Positions 38,404-48,703 are shown, counted from the stretch's first letter. The stretch is DNA of 64,000 bases from an uncultured bacterium (GCA_963977015.1 CAXBMO010000002.1:96001-160000); one strand, 5' to 3'. A program made the numbers and translations. The notes: generated by a model not told the origin, from the letters alone.

Positions 38404-41274
38404 ATGTTTGAATACCACTACCGACCTCCTTTCTACCTGCGACGCTGGTTTCAGGTCTTGGTCGTCCTTTTTCTCCTGCTGATCATTGCGGGAGCAGTTT
38501 CCGCCTATCTCTTTCTCGAGCCCTACAAACAGAAGGCCTATTCGTTCGACTTCGCGGAAATCAACAAACTCGAGAAGGCGAGTATCATCTACGATCGCAA
38601 CAATCGCGAGCTGGGCCGGATATTCGTCTTGAACCGTGACCCCGTCGAACTGGAAAAGGTCCCGCGTCACATGATCGAAGCCCTCACGGCGATTGAGGAT
38701 GCCCGCTTTTTCGAACATGACGGCGTGGATTACATGGGAATCCTTCGAGCGATGATTCGAAACGCCAAGGCCGGCAGCAAAAAGCAGGGTGCCAGTACGA
38801 TTACCCAGCAGTTGGCCAGGAACGCATACGGAATTCGCGAAAAATCCTACGAGCGAAAATTGGTGGAAGCCTTTCTCGCTCACCGGATTGAGAAGAATTT
38901 CTCCAAGGGCGAAATTCTGGAGATGTATCTGAACCGAATCTATTTCGGCAGTGGATTTTACGGCGTCAATGCAGCCTCGAAAGGATATTTCGGGAAAGAG
39001 GTCAGCGAAATCACGTTGGAAGAAGCCGCCACGCTTTGCGGATTGATCAAGAGTCCGAACGGACTTTCCCCCTTCAACAATCCTGACCGATCCAAACAGG
39101 CGCGGGACTATGTGTTTGAGCGGATGGTTGCGGAAAACATGCTGACGCGAAAGGAAGCGGACGAGTATCAGGCGAAACCGATCAAAACGGTCAGTCGACG
39201 AAAAGAACGAAAACGATCGTTTGAGTATGCGTATGAACAGATTCGCCAACAGGTCGTTGAGCAAATCGGTTTTGAATCCGCCTCTCAAGGCGGTTTTGAA
39301 ATTTATACGACCATCGATTCGGACCTTCAGCAGGTGGTTCAGCAAAGCGTCGTGAACAACATGCTCAAGGTCGAGCGTCACGCGAATTACGAAGGGCAGA
39401 CCCATGCCGAATTCGATAAAATCCTCACGGACTGGCGAAAGAAGGAAGCGGACGCCCTTGAGGACGAGAACAAGGCGGCCAACCGCCCAAAACCTGAATA
39501 CGTTCAAGGTTCCGCTCTGGTGATTGACACGAAAAGTGGCGCGATTCGCGCATTGGTAGGCGGACGGGATTTCTCTCACAGCGCCTTCGACCGCACGATG
39601 CTCGCCCGGAGGAAACCGGGAACCGCATTCACGCCCTTTGTCTATGCATCGGGATTTTCGCGGCGCCAATACCCCGGCACATTGGTCGAGGACAGCCCTC
39701 TCGATAACCGATTCGTCCAGATTGGCGGAATGACGGGGATTTTGGGCGAATGGGGAGTCGAACAGATTCCCGTTCCCGACTACGAAAACTGGATCACCGC
39801 GCGCAAAGCCCTCATTCAGGGGAAGAATGCCGCGACCGTCCGGTTTGGCATCCAGGTTGGAGTCGACAACGTGGTGGAATTCGCGAAAGACGCCGGAATG
39901 ACCTTCAAAGGAGAGATCCAGAAGTACAATTCCACGTTTTTGGGGAATGCGGAGGTTTCGATGAAGGAACTCGCGCTCGGCTACACCGTGTTTGCGAATC
40001 AGGGCGCGCGTCCGCAGGAGATCTTCATCATTGACGAAATCCGGCGCCCTGACGGAACCAAAATTTTTGAAAACAAGAGTGATGGTTCGGTAATCGACGT
40101 ACTCGATCCTTACAGCGCCTATCAAGTCCACTCCGCCCTGAAAGAGTCGCTCAAAGTTGGAACTGGAAAACGGGCTTACGAGGAATATGGGCTCCACGAT
40201 TTTCCTGCAGCGGGCAAAACGGGAACCGCGCACTTCGATTTCAAAGACACCTGGTTCGTCGGTTACACCGATCAAGTGACCTGCGCGGTTTGGGCCGGTT
40301 TTGACAAAGCAAAGCCGATCTATCCTGGCGCGTTCAGCAACCAGGTGACCTTGCCGATCTGGACCGAGATCATGAACGAGGCGAACAAGATTTTTCCGGC
40401 AAGCGAGATCAAAGCCCCCAAAGAAGCGAGCCGGGTCGAAATCTGTTCCGTCTCCGGGGAACGCGCGACGCCATTTTGTTTCCATCATCACACCGAAGAC
40501 GGAGACAAAGAGCAAATTCGGGACAGCTACATCGAGTATCTTAATCCAAACTACAAGCTGACCCGGTCTTGTGCGGTCCACAGTGCCGGAGGGCGAATCA
40601 ATCTGGCCTTGCTCAATCCTCCCACCGCTGGTGGCGATTCGAATGACAGTTGGATGCGGGATGGGGCGATTCGGCCACGGCGAATCGATGGCTACGGACT
40701 CAATGTGACTCCGATTTTCATGCAGTCTCCCACCGTAATTGGAAATGATCCCTACAACGCACCACAGGGCGCGATTCGGCCGCGAATTATTGCCCCTGCC
40801 CCGCCAGCAGAAGGGGAAGAAGGATCCGAAGTCATCGGCGAGGGAGAAATGCCAGCGGAGGGAGATCCCGTTCAAACCGCTGACATGGATCCGAATCAGG
40901 AAGGTGAGGACGATGGCGAATTGGCACCGATTTTCCGGAACTCTGCGACCGTAGCCCCATCCACGGATATGGGGCCGATTCCTCCTCCTCCACCACCTCA
41001 ACCACCGGCCATCAGCCAGCCCCGGATTCCCACCTACCCGGGCGAAGCGCAACCGGAAGGATCGCGGGCTACCGGGAACCCGCGAACGATGCCCAATCCT
41101 TCCAATGAAGAAGAGTTGGCTCCTGTCTTTCGAAATCGTAACGCCGTCTTGCCTCGAGTTGAAGAACCTGGACCACCACCGGCGACGGAAGATGGGTTGC
41201 CGTCGATTCTTGAGGAAGTGCCTCGCGCCGTCCGAATCAAGCCTCCCAAGGCCGAGCGAATCGAGTTCGACTAG
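38404..41274 (+). CDS. Class A penicillin-binding protein (PBP1A-like) with degenerate transpeptidase site and long Pro/Glu-rich tail
   Basis: TM; GT51 motifs EDARFFEHDG, GASTITQQL, RKLVE, YLNRIYFG; TP domain has PGTAFTP, QGKN and KTGT. Confidence 0.92.
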   Translation: MFEYHYRPPFYLRRWFQVLVVLFLLLIIAGAVSAYLFLEPYKQKAYSFDFAEINKLEKASIIYDRNNRELGRIFVLNRDPVELEKVPRHMIEALTAIEDARFFEHDGVDYMGILRAMIRNAKAGSKKQGASTITQQLARNAYGIREKSYERKLVEAFLAHRIEKNFSKGEILEMYLNRIYFGSGFYGVNAASKGYFGKEVSEITLEEAATLCGLIKSPNGLSPFNNPDRSKQARDYVFERMVAENMLTRKEADEYQAKPIKTVSRRKERKRSFEYAYEQIRQQVVEQIGFESASQGGFEIYTTIDSDLQQVVQQSVVNNMLKVERHANYEGQTHAEFDKILTDWRKKEADALEDENKAANRPKPEYVQGSALVIDTKSGAIRALVGGRDFSHSAFDRTMLARRKPGTAFTPFVYASGFSRRQYPGTLVEDSPLDNRFVQIGGMTGILGEWGVEQIPVPDYENWITARKALIQGKNAATVRFGIQVGVDNVVEFAKDAGMTFKGEIQKYNSTFLGNAEVSMKELALGYTVFANQGARPQEIFIIDEIRRPDGTKIFENKSDGSVIDVLDPYSAYQVHSALKESLKVGTGKRAYEEYGLHDFPAAGKTGTAHFDFKDTWFVGYTDQVTCAVWAGFDKAKPIYPGAFSNQVTLPIWTEIMNEANKIFPASEIKAPKEASRVEICSVSGERATPFCFHHHTEDGDKEQIRDSYIEYLNPNYKLTRSCAVHSAGGRINLALLNPPTAGGDSNDSWMRDGAIRPRRIDGYGLNVTPIFMQSPTVIGNDPYNAPQGAIRPRIIAPAPPAEGEEGSEVIGEGEMPAEGDPVQTADMDPNQEGEDDGELAPIFRNSATVAPSTDMGPIPPPPPPQPPAISQPRIPTYPGEAQPEGSRATGNPRTMPNPSNEEELAPVFRNRNAVLPRVEEPGPPPATEDGLPSILEEVPRAVRIKPPKAERIEFD

Positions 41275-41296
41275 GATTTTGATCGGTTAACCTGCT

Positions 41297-41752
41297 CTAA
41301 CGCATCGCGGACTGCCATTCGCTCACTATTCCGTTCGTGAAAACTGCCCGGGCGCTCGGGTCACCGTGGTAGTGAGTATTCGGCCCGATGGGAAAATTCA
41401 CGCCGTAGCCAAAGTGGCCACCGCCGCGACCATAGCCGCCATACCCATAACCAACATTGAACCGGGGTGAGTTGTAGTCCGTGTATCCCCCGCCATAAAG
41501 CCAGGTTTCAACGGCTTTCCCGTCTTTGCTGCCTTGGGTGATATTGTCGGCAGGTCCCCAGGCCAGAAATACCGCATTCCGGTTCATTCCTTCCTGCACC
41601 CGGCCCTGCCTCACCAACAATTGATGGTCCTCAGAGAGTTGAGCAAACAACTCAGGATATTTCGAAATTCGCTTTTCGATGACCGTGGTCGTTGAGCAGC
41701 CGACCAGCAGAACAACCGGAATGAGAACAAGAAATTTGAGGGAGGTTTTCAT
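41297..41752 (-). CDS. Hypothetical lipoprotein (SmpA/BamE-like pattern) with Gly/Tyr-rich insert
   Basis: Lipobox LLVGC; VQEGMNRNAVFLAWGPAD...ETWLY...VFTNGIV; GYGYGGYGRGGGHFGYG insert. Confidence 0.72.
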   Translation of the reverse strand: MKTSLKFLVLIPVVLLVGCSTTTVIEKRISKYPELFAQLSEDHQLLVRQGRVQEGMNRNAVFLAWGPADNITQGSKDGKAVETWLYGGGYTDYNSPRFNVGYGYGGYGRGGGHFGYGVNFPIGPNTHYHGDPSARAVFTNGIVSEWQSAMR

Positions 41753-41806
41753 CAGAGCCTCAGGATAAACGAAATTTATTCCGTTGAAAGCACTGGATTT
41801 CGCGGA

Positions 41807-43258
41807 ATGAATGCGACACGCATGAAATCAGACCGGCCGAGACTATTCGACACCTTGCATCGCAAGGAACTGGAACTCAATCCCTCCGATGGAGAGACCT
41901 TCCGGTTTTATTGCTGCGGCCCAACGGTTTATGGACCGGCTCACATTGGTAACTTTCGTACCTTTGTGCTTCAGGACATTCTGCGGCGAGTCATCGAGCT
42001 TTCCGGAATGAAGGCAAAACACGTTCGCAACATCACGGACGTCGATGACAAAACCATTCGCGACTCCCAGGCCGAAGGGAAAACGTTAACCGAATTCACG
42101 CAGCATTGGACCGAGCGGTTTCACGAGGACTGCCGGAAGCTCAACTTGCTAGAGCCGCACATTGAACCCAGCGCCGTGGATCACATTCCCCATCAGATCA
42201 CCATGATCGCGCAGTTGATGGAAAGCGGACATGCCTATCAAGGCAGCGACAAGTCCATCTACTACAAAGTCGATTCTTTTCCGGCCTACGGGAAGTTGAG
42301 TCACCTCGACGAACGAGAGATTCAGCTGGGCAGCTCGCAATCAGCCAACGATTCGGACGAGTATGAAAAGGACTCGCTTGCCGATTTTGCGCTTTGGAAA
42401 GCCCGCAAACCGGAGGATGGCGACAACTATTGGGACAGTGCCTGGGGCCAGGGCCGCCCCGGCTGGCACTTGGAATGCTCGGCGATGAGTTTGGAGTATC
42501 TGGGAGCTCCGTTCGACCTTCACTCCGGCGGCATTGACCTCTGCTTTCCCCACCACGAAAACGAGATCGCGCAAAGCGAAGCCGCGACAGGAAAGGAAAT
42601 GTGCCACCACTGGTTTCATACCACCCACCTGACGGTCAACGGCGGAAAAATGTCGAAGACGGCTCGCAACTTCTACACGCTCACGGATTTGGAGGAAGCA
42701 GGGTTCTCGGCTTCAGAACTTCGCTACGCGTTGGCAAGCGCCCACTACCGGCAGCCTCTCAATTTCGTGGCCAAAGACAAGCTGGGCAACGAAACCTTCG
42801 AATCGCTTCATTCGGCGCAGCAAGCCCTCAATCGACTCGCTCGCGCTGAGTTGGAGCTTCGCAATGCGGCCGGAGAAACCGAGCCTCCCACCTATCAATC
42901 CCTGCTGGACCAGGAGATTGAACTTGGGGCCTTTCAACCGGCATGGGAAGCCCTTCTCAGTGATCTCAACACGCCGGATTGCCTTGGCAAAACCTTTACC
43001 GCCCTCAAAGAGAAGCATTCGGCTCCCAAAAATGCATGGCTAGCGTTGCACGTGATCCTCGCCGGATTGGGCATTACCTTGCCGGTTGAAGAAAGCGTCG
43101 ACGTTCCGGCGGAAATTCAGGAAAAAGCTCAGAAACGTTGGGATGCCAAGCAGGCCAAAGACTGGGCAGCTGCCGACGCCCTGCGCGACGAATTGGCGGA
43201 GGCGGGATGGCAGATCAAGGACGCGAAAGACGGTTTTGAGGTCGTTCCGATCGACTAG
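41807..43258 (+). CDS. cysS: Cysteine--tRNA ligase
   Basis: CGPTVY, HIGN, DFALWK, GRPGWHLEC, FPHHENE, KMSK. Confidence 0.97.
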   Translation: MNATRMKSDRPRLFDTLHRKELELNPSDGETFRFYCCGPTVYGPAHIGNFRTFVLQDILRRVIELSGMKAKHVRNITDVDDKTIRDSQAEGKTLTEFTQHWTERFHEDCRKLNLLEPHIEPSAVDHIPHQITMIAQLMESGHAYQGSDKSIYYKVDSFPAYGKLSHLDEREIQLGSSQSANDSDEYEKDSLADFALWKARKPEDGDNYWDSAWGQGRPGWHLECSAMSLEYLGAPFDLHSGGIDLCFPHHENEIAQSEAATGKEMCHHWFHTTHLTVNGGKMSKTARNFYTLTDLEEAGFSASELRYALASAHYRQPLNFVAKDKLGNETFESLHSAQQALNRLARAELELRNAAGETEPPTYQSLLDQEIELGAFQPAWEALLSDLNTPDCLGKTFTALKEKHSAPKNAWLALHVILAGLGITLPVEESVDVPAEIQEKAQKRWDAKQAKDWAAADALRDELAEAGWQIKDAKDGFEVVPID

Positions 43259-43334
43259 CCCTCCCTGAAACCTCCTGTTTTTTTTCGAAGTAATGATTGT
43301 TGATCGCGATTCGCGGTTGATGATTCTAATTACC

Positions 43335-44186
43335 ATGAATTCGAAAATCCAATTCCGTATGATGTTGATCGCGGTCGGGCTTTTCATCTCCGGGATTCAA
43401 CCGGGGCTAGGCGATCCCTCGGTGGCAAGCGCTTCCGTCGATACGCCGCCCGTAGATTCGACGACGCGAAAGTTGGTTGATATCCGGGAAGTTGTGAAAG
43501 CTGATGATGAAGGTGGTTTTTTGCGACCAAGGTTTTCACCGGACGGCCTTCAACTGATGCTGACTCGTCCGGGCTATCAGGGAATCTTTCTGGTTCCAAC
43601 CAAGGGCGGACAAGCGAAGCGTATCAGTGAAGACAATGCCTTCAAAGCTGAGTGGAGTAAGGATGGGCTGATTGCACTCCCGGCACCTAACGATAAGCGG
43701 CGAATCCTGAAACGCGATGGAAGTCAGGCACGGATCGAAGCAGTCGAACACGAGCAAGTCTTTTGCGAGAACGACAAGGTCTTCACCGAGGTGGAGGAAG
43801 GGGCCAACCCGGTCGCGATAAGCGACAACAGCGACCGCTTTATAGCGCCTCAACTCTGCCCGAAACACAAAATGGTCAGTTTTGTCGGGGTGGAGTCCGG
43901 CATCTATCTGGCTCCTGCGAGCGCGTCTCGAGAACCCGTTTTCCTCGGCGAAGGCCAGGATGTGACCTGGGCTCCCGACAGTTCTTTCATCGTCTATGTT
44001 CATGCTCGGGATGACGGACACGAAATCGTGGAAAGCGACCTCTACCAATATGAGTTGCGCACCAAAAAGCTCTTTAACCTGACGGCAACATCGGACCTGA
44101 TGATCAACTCCCCTTCCCTCAGCCCCGACGGCAAAACCGTCGCCTTTGAAGCGGAGGGAACAATCTACGTTGGCACAATCCAATAG
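43335..44186 (+). CDS. Exported TolB/PD40-like beta-propeller protein
   Basis: Signal-like N-terminus; PRFSPDG, WSKDG, WAPDS, PSLSPDGKTVAF repeats. Confidence 0.78.
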   Translation: MNSKIQFRMMLIAVGLFISGIQPGLGDPSVASASVDTPPVDSTTRKLVDIREVVKADDEGGFLRPRFSPDGLQLMLTRPGYQGIFLVPTKGGQAKRISEDNAFKAEWSKDGLIALPAPNDKRRILKRDGSQARIEAVEHEQVFCENDKVFTEVEEGANPVAISDNSDRFIAPQLCPKHKMVSFVGVESGIYLAPASASREPVFLGEGQDVTWAPDSSFIVYVHARDDGHEIVESDLYQYELRTKKLFNLTATSDLMINSPSLSPDGKTVAFEAEGTIYVGTIQ

Positions 44187-44235
44187 GGCAATCCGCATCT
44201 CGAAAATCCTCGCTTGGTCCGTCAAAGACTCTGCC

Positions 44236-45759
44236 ATGAAATACCTGCACATGTTAGTGATGAACAAGAGCCACGGCGTCCTCTGGCTCATTTTGCTTTC
44301 CACGATCGCCAGCCACGCGCAGACCAAGATCTACATCGACCCGGGCCATGGCGGCACGGATCCTGGCGCGGTCAATTCGTCAAACGGCACCAAGGAAGCC
44401 GATCGCGTTTTATTTACCAGCCTCGAACTCCGCGACTACCTCCAGGAAGACTCCGACGATGAAAGCGGCGGGGGTAACTGGGATGTCCGATTGTCGCGAA
44501 GCACGGACACGTTTATCAGCCTGAGCGCCCGATCCGCGGACGCCAATTTTTGGGGAGCAGACCGGTTTCTTTCCATCCACCAGAATGCTTTCAACCAATC
44601 GGCAAACGGAACGGAAACGTTTTCGTTATCGGATTCGGGCTCGAGCGCCCGGCTTCGCAACTTGGTGCAATCAGAGGCAATTGAGGCCTGGGGACTAACG
44701 AATCGCGGGAATAAGACCGCGGGATTCTCGGTCCTTCGCAATACCGCGATGCCCGCAGTGCTGACCGAGATGGGGTTCATCGATTCGCCAACCGATCACG
44801 AGTTCTGCTCCTCGGACGAGGAATGCCGAAAGTATGCCAAACACATGATGTTCGCGCTCCAACGTCATTATGATTTGGACGAGTATCTTCCTGGTGGAAC
44901 CTCTCCTGAGGAAGTCATCGTGGACAACACAAACATGAGTGGCTATTCGGAAACCGGGAATTGGAGCACATCCACCTCTCCAGGATTCTGGCAAGCCAAC
45001 TCGAGATACGCCTCGGCTTACAATCCATCGCCAGACAACAAGGCAACGTTTCGTCCCAATCTTTTGCAGGATGGCCAATACGAGGTCTATGCGTGGTGGG
45101 TTCAGGGTGGAAACCGCTCTCCAGGCGCTGCGTTTGTTGTGACTGACCTTACCGGCTCTACCACGGTCAACCTGGATCAACGGGACAACGGAAAACAATG
45201 GAACCTGATTGGAACCTTCAACTTCCGGTCCGGGACAGACGGGAGCGTCGTCCTTTCAGCCAAGCAATCAGCCGTCGGGACCTCCAATCCGTCCAGTGTC
45301 GTGGTGATGGCGGATGCCGTGCGGTTCGTAAGAGTTGGCAATCTTGATATCCAGGAAGTCATTGTCGACAACACCGATCCCGGCTTCTCCGCACCTTCGC
45401 GGGATTGGTTTACGGGGGACTACACCTCGGGCTTTCTTGGCTCCAACTACCATGCGCGTCCTACTGAATACGTTAGTGATCCCGCATCCTGGTCGCTGGG
45501 TCTCCCGGTCGCAGGACAATGGGAAGTGTTCGCACGTTGGACGATCGGCTCCAATCGAACGCGCTCCGCACCGTTCTTTATCCGGCACAATGGAGGCACG
45601 GCAACGCGCTACGTGAATCAACGCACCAGCGGTGGCCAATGGGTTTCGCTGGGGACCTACGAGTTTGCAACCGGCGTTTCCACGAAGGTCCAACTGTCTT
45701 GTTGGACCGATCCCGGAGCATTTGTGATCGCTGATGCGGTTCGTTTTGTGAAACGTTAG
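44236..45759 (+). CDS. Secreted N-acetylmuramoyl-L-alanine amidase (Amidase_3) with two golvesin-C-terminal-like domains
   Basis: Signal peptide ending SHA-Q; IYIDPGHGG, KEAD, FLSIHQN, PAVLTEMGF all intact; two EVIVDN...ADAVRFV repeats. Confidence 0.9.
   Translation: MKYLHMLVMNKSHGVLWLILLSTIASHAQTKIYIDPGHGGTDPGAVNSSNGTKEADRVLFTSLELRDYLQEDSDDESGGGNWDVRLSRSTDTFISLSARSADANFWGADRFLSIHQNAFNQSANGTETFSLSDSGSSARLRNLVQSEAIEAWGLTNRGNKTAGFSVLRNTAMPAVLTEMGFIDSPTDHEFCSSDEECRKYAKHMMFALQRHYDLDEYLPGGTSPEEVIVDNTNMSGYSETGNWSTSTSPGFWQANSRYASAYNPSPDNKATFRPNLLQDGQYEVYAWWVQGGNRSPGAAFVVTDLTGSTTVNLDQRDNGKQWNLIGTFNFRSGTDGSVVLSAKQSAVGTSNPSSVVVMADAVRFVRVGNLDIQEVIVDNTDPGFSAPSRDWFTGDYTSGFLGSNYHARPTEYVSDPASWSLGLPVAGQWEVFARWTIGSNRTRSAPFFIRHNGGTATRYVNQRTSGGQWVSLGTYEFATGVSTKVQLSCWTDPGAFVIADAVRFVKR
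44911..45756 (+). repeat. Tandem duplicated ~135-140 aa domain within the amidase
   Basis: EVIVDNT...GQYEVYAWW...QWNLIGTFNF...ADAVRFVR versus EVIVDNT...GQWEVFARW...QWVSLGTYEF...ADAVRFVK. Confidence 0.85.
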
Positions 45760-45764
45760 CCAAT

Positions 45765-48203
45765 TTGTCCCGCCACCAAAGTCGCAGAACCTCGGTTCAT
45801 CGCCTCCCCATTCTTTGGGCGTTGTTCGGTTTTCTGACCACCGCGCCCTTCGCTTCAATTTCCGATGGTTCGACGGCCCCACAAGACCTTGAAATTCTCG
45901 AGAAGGCGTACGAGCTAACCGTAAAAGGTGAGATCGCAGAAGCTGAGTCCATGTATCGCGATTTGGCGTCCACCAATCCTCAAATCGGCCTCCCCGCGCT
46001 CAGCCGGTTTCTCTACCTCGCCCCGGAAAGCGAAAAGCTCGAACGCTTTCTCCAGTCCGTTCAAGCAGACGAGACGTTCCCAGACGAGCTAAAGACAGAA
46101 GTCTTGATCGAGGCTGACCGGAAAGAAGACGCCCTGACACGGCTTCGAGCATCTTCCCCCGAGAAAACCGATATCCTGGCGAAGGCCGAATTCCTTCACC
46201 GCCATGGGGAGAAAGGCGAGTCCATTGAACTCCTAATTCAAACGATTCTCCAATCTGAACGGCATCCGAATGTTGGGACTTGGGCAGAGAAGCTTCTCGA
46301 TTTTTCGGATTCATTGGCCATCGGAAAGGGGCATTTTCTCCAGGCTTTCGCAATCGGCCATCAAACCTTGGAACTCGTTCCGGAAGATTTTTTGGCTCAC
46401 ATGGACCAACAAGTTTTCCAGTGGCAAACATCCCAAACCTACTGGGAAGAACGGAACGCCCTTTTCGAGACGATAGCGCTTGAGTCTTTTTCAGCCCTTG
46501 CCGCTTCGATCATCTGCTATCACGAAGGCAATCTCGAGAAAGCGGAAGCCTTTCTCTCTTCGTCTCCCAGTAGCCCGGTTTGGCTTGCAACTGCAACGAC
46601 GATTCACAAGATTCGACTGCTCAAAGCCTTGGGAAGAAACAAAGAGTCTACCCGACTTGCGGCAACACTATTGGCGGAACTGGAACGCGAGCCATCTGCC
46701 GATCAGCGTTGCCAGGCAGCCCTCCAGGCCTTGGACAAACTCAATCATGAGCAAGCTCGACTCATCTTCGATTCCATCACTCCGTCCGAGCTTTCTGCCG
46801 AGGCTCTCGCCACCTTCCATCTGGTTCACCTCCGACTCGCCGCCTTCGCTCAGGATTTCGACCTCCTGATTTCCCAGTTCTCACGGTATGCCAGCACGGT
46901 AACCGCGGAAGTTCGGCAACGCGGCATTGATTCGACCGTTTCCCATCTTCACTCCGTTGAGGCGAGGCAGAAACTCATCGATCAAATTCATTCCAAGGTG
47001 GAAACCGGCGCGGCATCTCCGGTTCTCTACCTGTTGGCGGCCGCACTTGAGGAACAAAATGGGCTTGGGATCCAGGCCATCAAATCCCGATGGCTCTATG
47101 GCCAATCGAATCCGGATGACTACCCGGCACAAGTCAGCTTGGTCGCCAAGGCGGTTCACCTTGCCATTGAGCTGAATACCCAACCAAACGCCGAAGTCAC
47201 TGCCGACCAAGTCAAACAAATGACGGACCTTGCCACGGAAAGTGCCCTGACATTGATTCAGACAAACCCCTACAACGCAGAAGCAATGCGGGCATTGATG
47301 GATCTCTACCGCAAGAGCAATCAGGAAACGAAGGCTCCTGAAGTTCCGGATCTGGTGGGCAAACAGGCAACCAATCCCAAACTCCTCGCTCATTGCGCCT
47401 ACGTCTTGGCCACCGAAGGATACCCGGACAAGGCGCTGCTCTACTACCAACAAGCACTCGAAAAGGATCCGGGAAATCCATTCTTCCTGATGAATCGTGC
47501 GTCTTGCCATACCAGGCTTGGACGCTGGGACGACGCCGCTGCCTTTTATCGTCAAAGCATCGAACAAGGTTTTGCCGGGAAGCCGTTCCATCTTCACGAA
47601 AGCCTGCTTCGACTTTGGTCCATCGCGGAACACCAAAACAATGAGGAAGCATGCTTGAGCTATTTCCGATCCTTACCACGCAACAACGAGCTCAGGTGGC
47701 AGTCTGTTCTCGTTCCGGAGTTGGTTGCGCTCATGGTTCAAGTGCGGCGGATGGATGATGCGACCTTTTTTCACGAGGCGCTGTTGGAGCGTTTTCGGTC
47801 GGGCAATCTCGAAATTTCAGAAGCCATCAAGAGCTACCAACGGGTTGCCCGTGGCTTGGTGGAGACTGATCACCTTGACCAGGCCGAAGCGTTTCTGGAA
47901 AGCGGGCTCGCGGAATTTCCTGACCACCCCGAAATCAACCTCGCGATGGTTCAGAGCCTGGCCTCCCTGGATCTCGAACGGGGTCGGTTTGATGCCGCGA
48001 TTGGACGACTCGAAGGAAAGGCTCGCGACATCAAATCGCCAGGCGCACTTGAACTTCTCTATTTCGCAGGCCGGCTTGCTGAGCAAAACAACCAACCGGA
48101 AAAAGCGACCAGCCTTTTTGTAGAATTCCTCGAATCCGATTCACGGAACTTTGAACTCCGCGCGTCTACGGCCAGACGCCTCGCCAAATTGCGTCAAGAC
48201 TAG
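45765..48203 (+). CDS. Exported tetratricopeptide-repeat protein
   Basis: 812-aa all-helical ORF with hydrophobic N-terminus; TPR pattern AYVLATEGYPDKALLYYQQALEKDPGN; starts 5 bp after the amidase stop (TTG). Confidence 0.78.
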   Translation: MSRHQSRRTSVHRLPILWALFGFLTTAPFASISDGSTAPQDLEILEKAYELTVKGEIAEAESMYRDLASTNPQIGLPALSRFLYLAPESEKLERFLQSVQADETFPDELKTEVLIEADRKEDALTRLRASSPEKTDILAKAEFLHRHGEKGESIELLIQTILQSERHPNVGTWAEKLLDFSDSLAIGKGHFLQAFAIGHQTLELVPEDFLAHMDQQVFQWQTSQTYWEERNALFETIALESFSALAASIICYHEGNLEKAEAFLSSSPSSPVWLATATTIHKIRLLKALGRNKESTRLAATLLAELEREPSADQRCQAALQALDKLNHEQARLIFDSITPSELSAEALATFHLVHLRLAAFAQDFDLLISQFSRYASTVTAEVRQRGIDSTVSHLHSVEARQKLIDQIHSKVETGAASPVLYLLAAALEEQNGLGIQAIKSRWLYGQSNPDDYPAQVSLVAKAVHLAIELNTQPNAEVTADQVKQMTDLATESALTLIQTNPYNAEAMRALMDLYRKSNQETKAPEVPDLVGKQATNPKLLAHCAYVLATEGYPDKALLYYQQALEKDPGNPFFLMNRASCHTRLGRWDDAAAFYRQSIEQGFAGKPFHLHESLLRLWSIAEHQNNEEACLSYFRSLPRNNELRWQSVLVPELVALMVQVRRMDDATFFHEALLERFRSGNLEISEAIKSYQRVARGLVETDHLDQAEAFLESGLAEFPDHPEINLAMVQSLASLDLERGRFDAAIGRLEGKARDIKSPGALELLYFAGRLAEQNNQPEKATSLFVEFLESDSRNFELRASTARRLAKLRQD

Positions 48204-48703
48204 GCGGGCGAACTAATCCGCAGGGCTTCGTCAATCGTGTCGTTCACCAATTGCTCTTCCTCGTTGCTGATCTCGCGCGTGACCTCAAGATCGAGATTCA
48301 CCTTGCCGTCATTCTTCACGGTAACTCCAAAATGGCTGACCATTCCCTCCGGCAGCCGGGAAAGCACGTATTCCTCAATAAACTTCGCCACTTTGGCCCC
48401 ATTGTTGTGGCAACCGCAATCCAGACCGGAATTCAGGGCATCCAGGTGTTGACGGCCAACGGCATAGTCCGCCAAACCTTCATCCATGACACTGATGGCA
48501 TGTTCAAGAAAAAGGCGAGCCTCATCCATCCGTCCCTTGTGCTGATAGTAGATACCAAGCGCGGTTCTTGCCTCGCCTTCCAGGACGGTGTTTCCATCTT
48601 GCTGGGCGGTTTGAATGGCGTTTGAGAGTTGCTCTTCGGCGTCGGGCTGATTCTGAAGCTCCATCGCGACGGACCAAGCCTCCGATTCTTCATGCGATAA
48701 CAT
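48200..48703 (-). CDS. Hypothetical protein with a single TPR-like unit
   Basis: ALGIYYQHKGRMDEARLFLEHA; acidic C-terminal domain after DCGC. Confidence 0.6.
   Translation of the reverse strand: MLSHEESEAWSVAMELQNQPDAEEQLSNAIQTAQQDGNTVLEGEARTALGIYYQHKGRMDEARLFLEHAISVMDEGLADYAVGRQHLDALNSGLDCGCHNNGAKVAKFIEEYVLSRLPEGMVSHFGVTVKNDGKVNLDLEVTREISNEEEQLVNDTIDEALRISSPA

Noticed and set aside
38311-41052. 913-aa minus-strand ORF
   Set aside because: Exact antisense of the PBP gene; no motifs; long shadow ORFs are expected with this codon bias.
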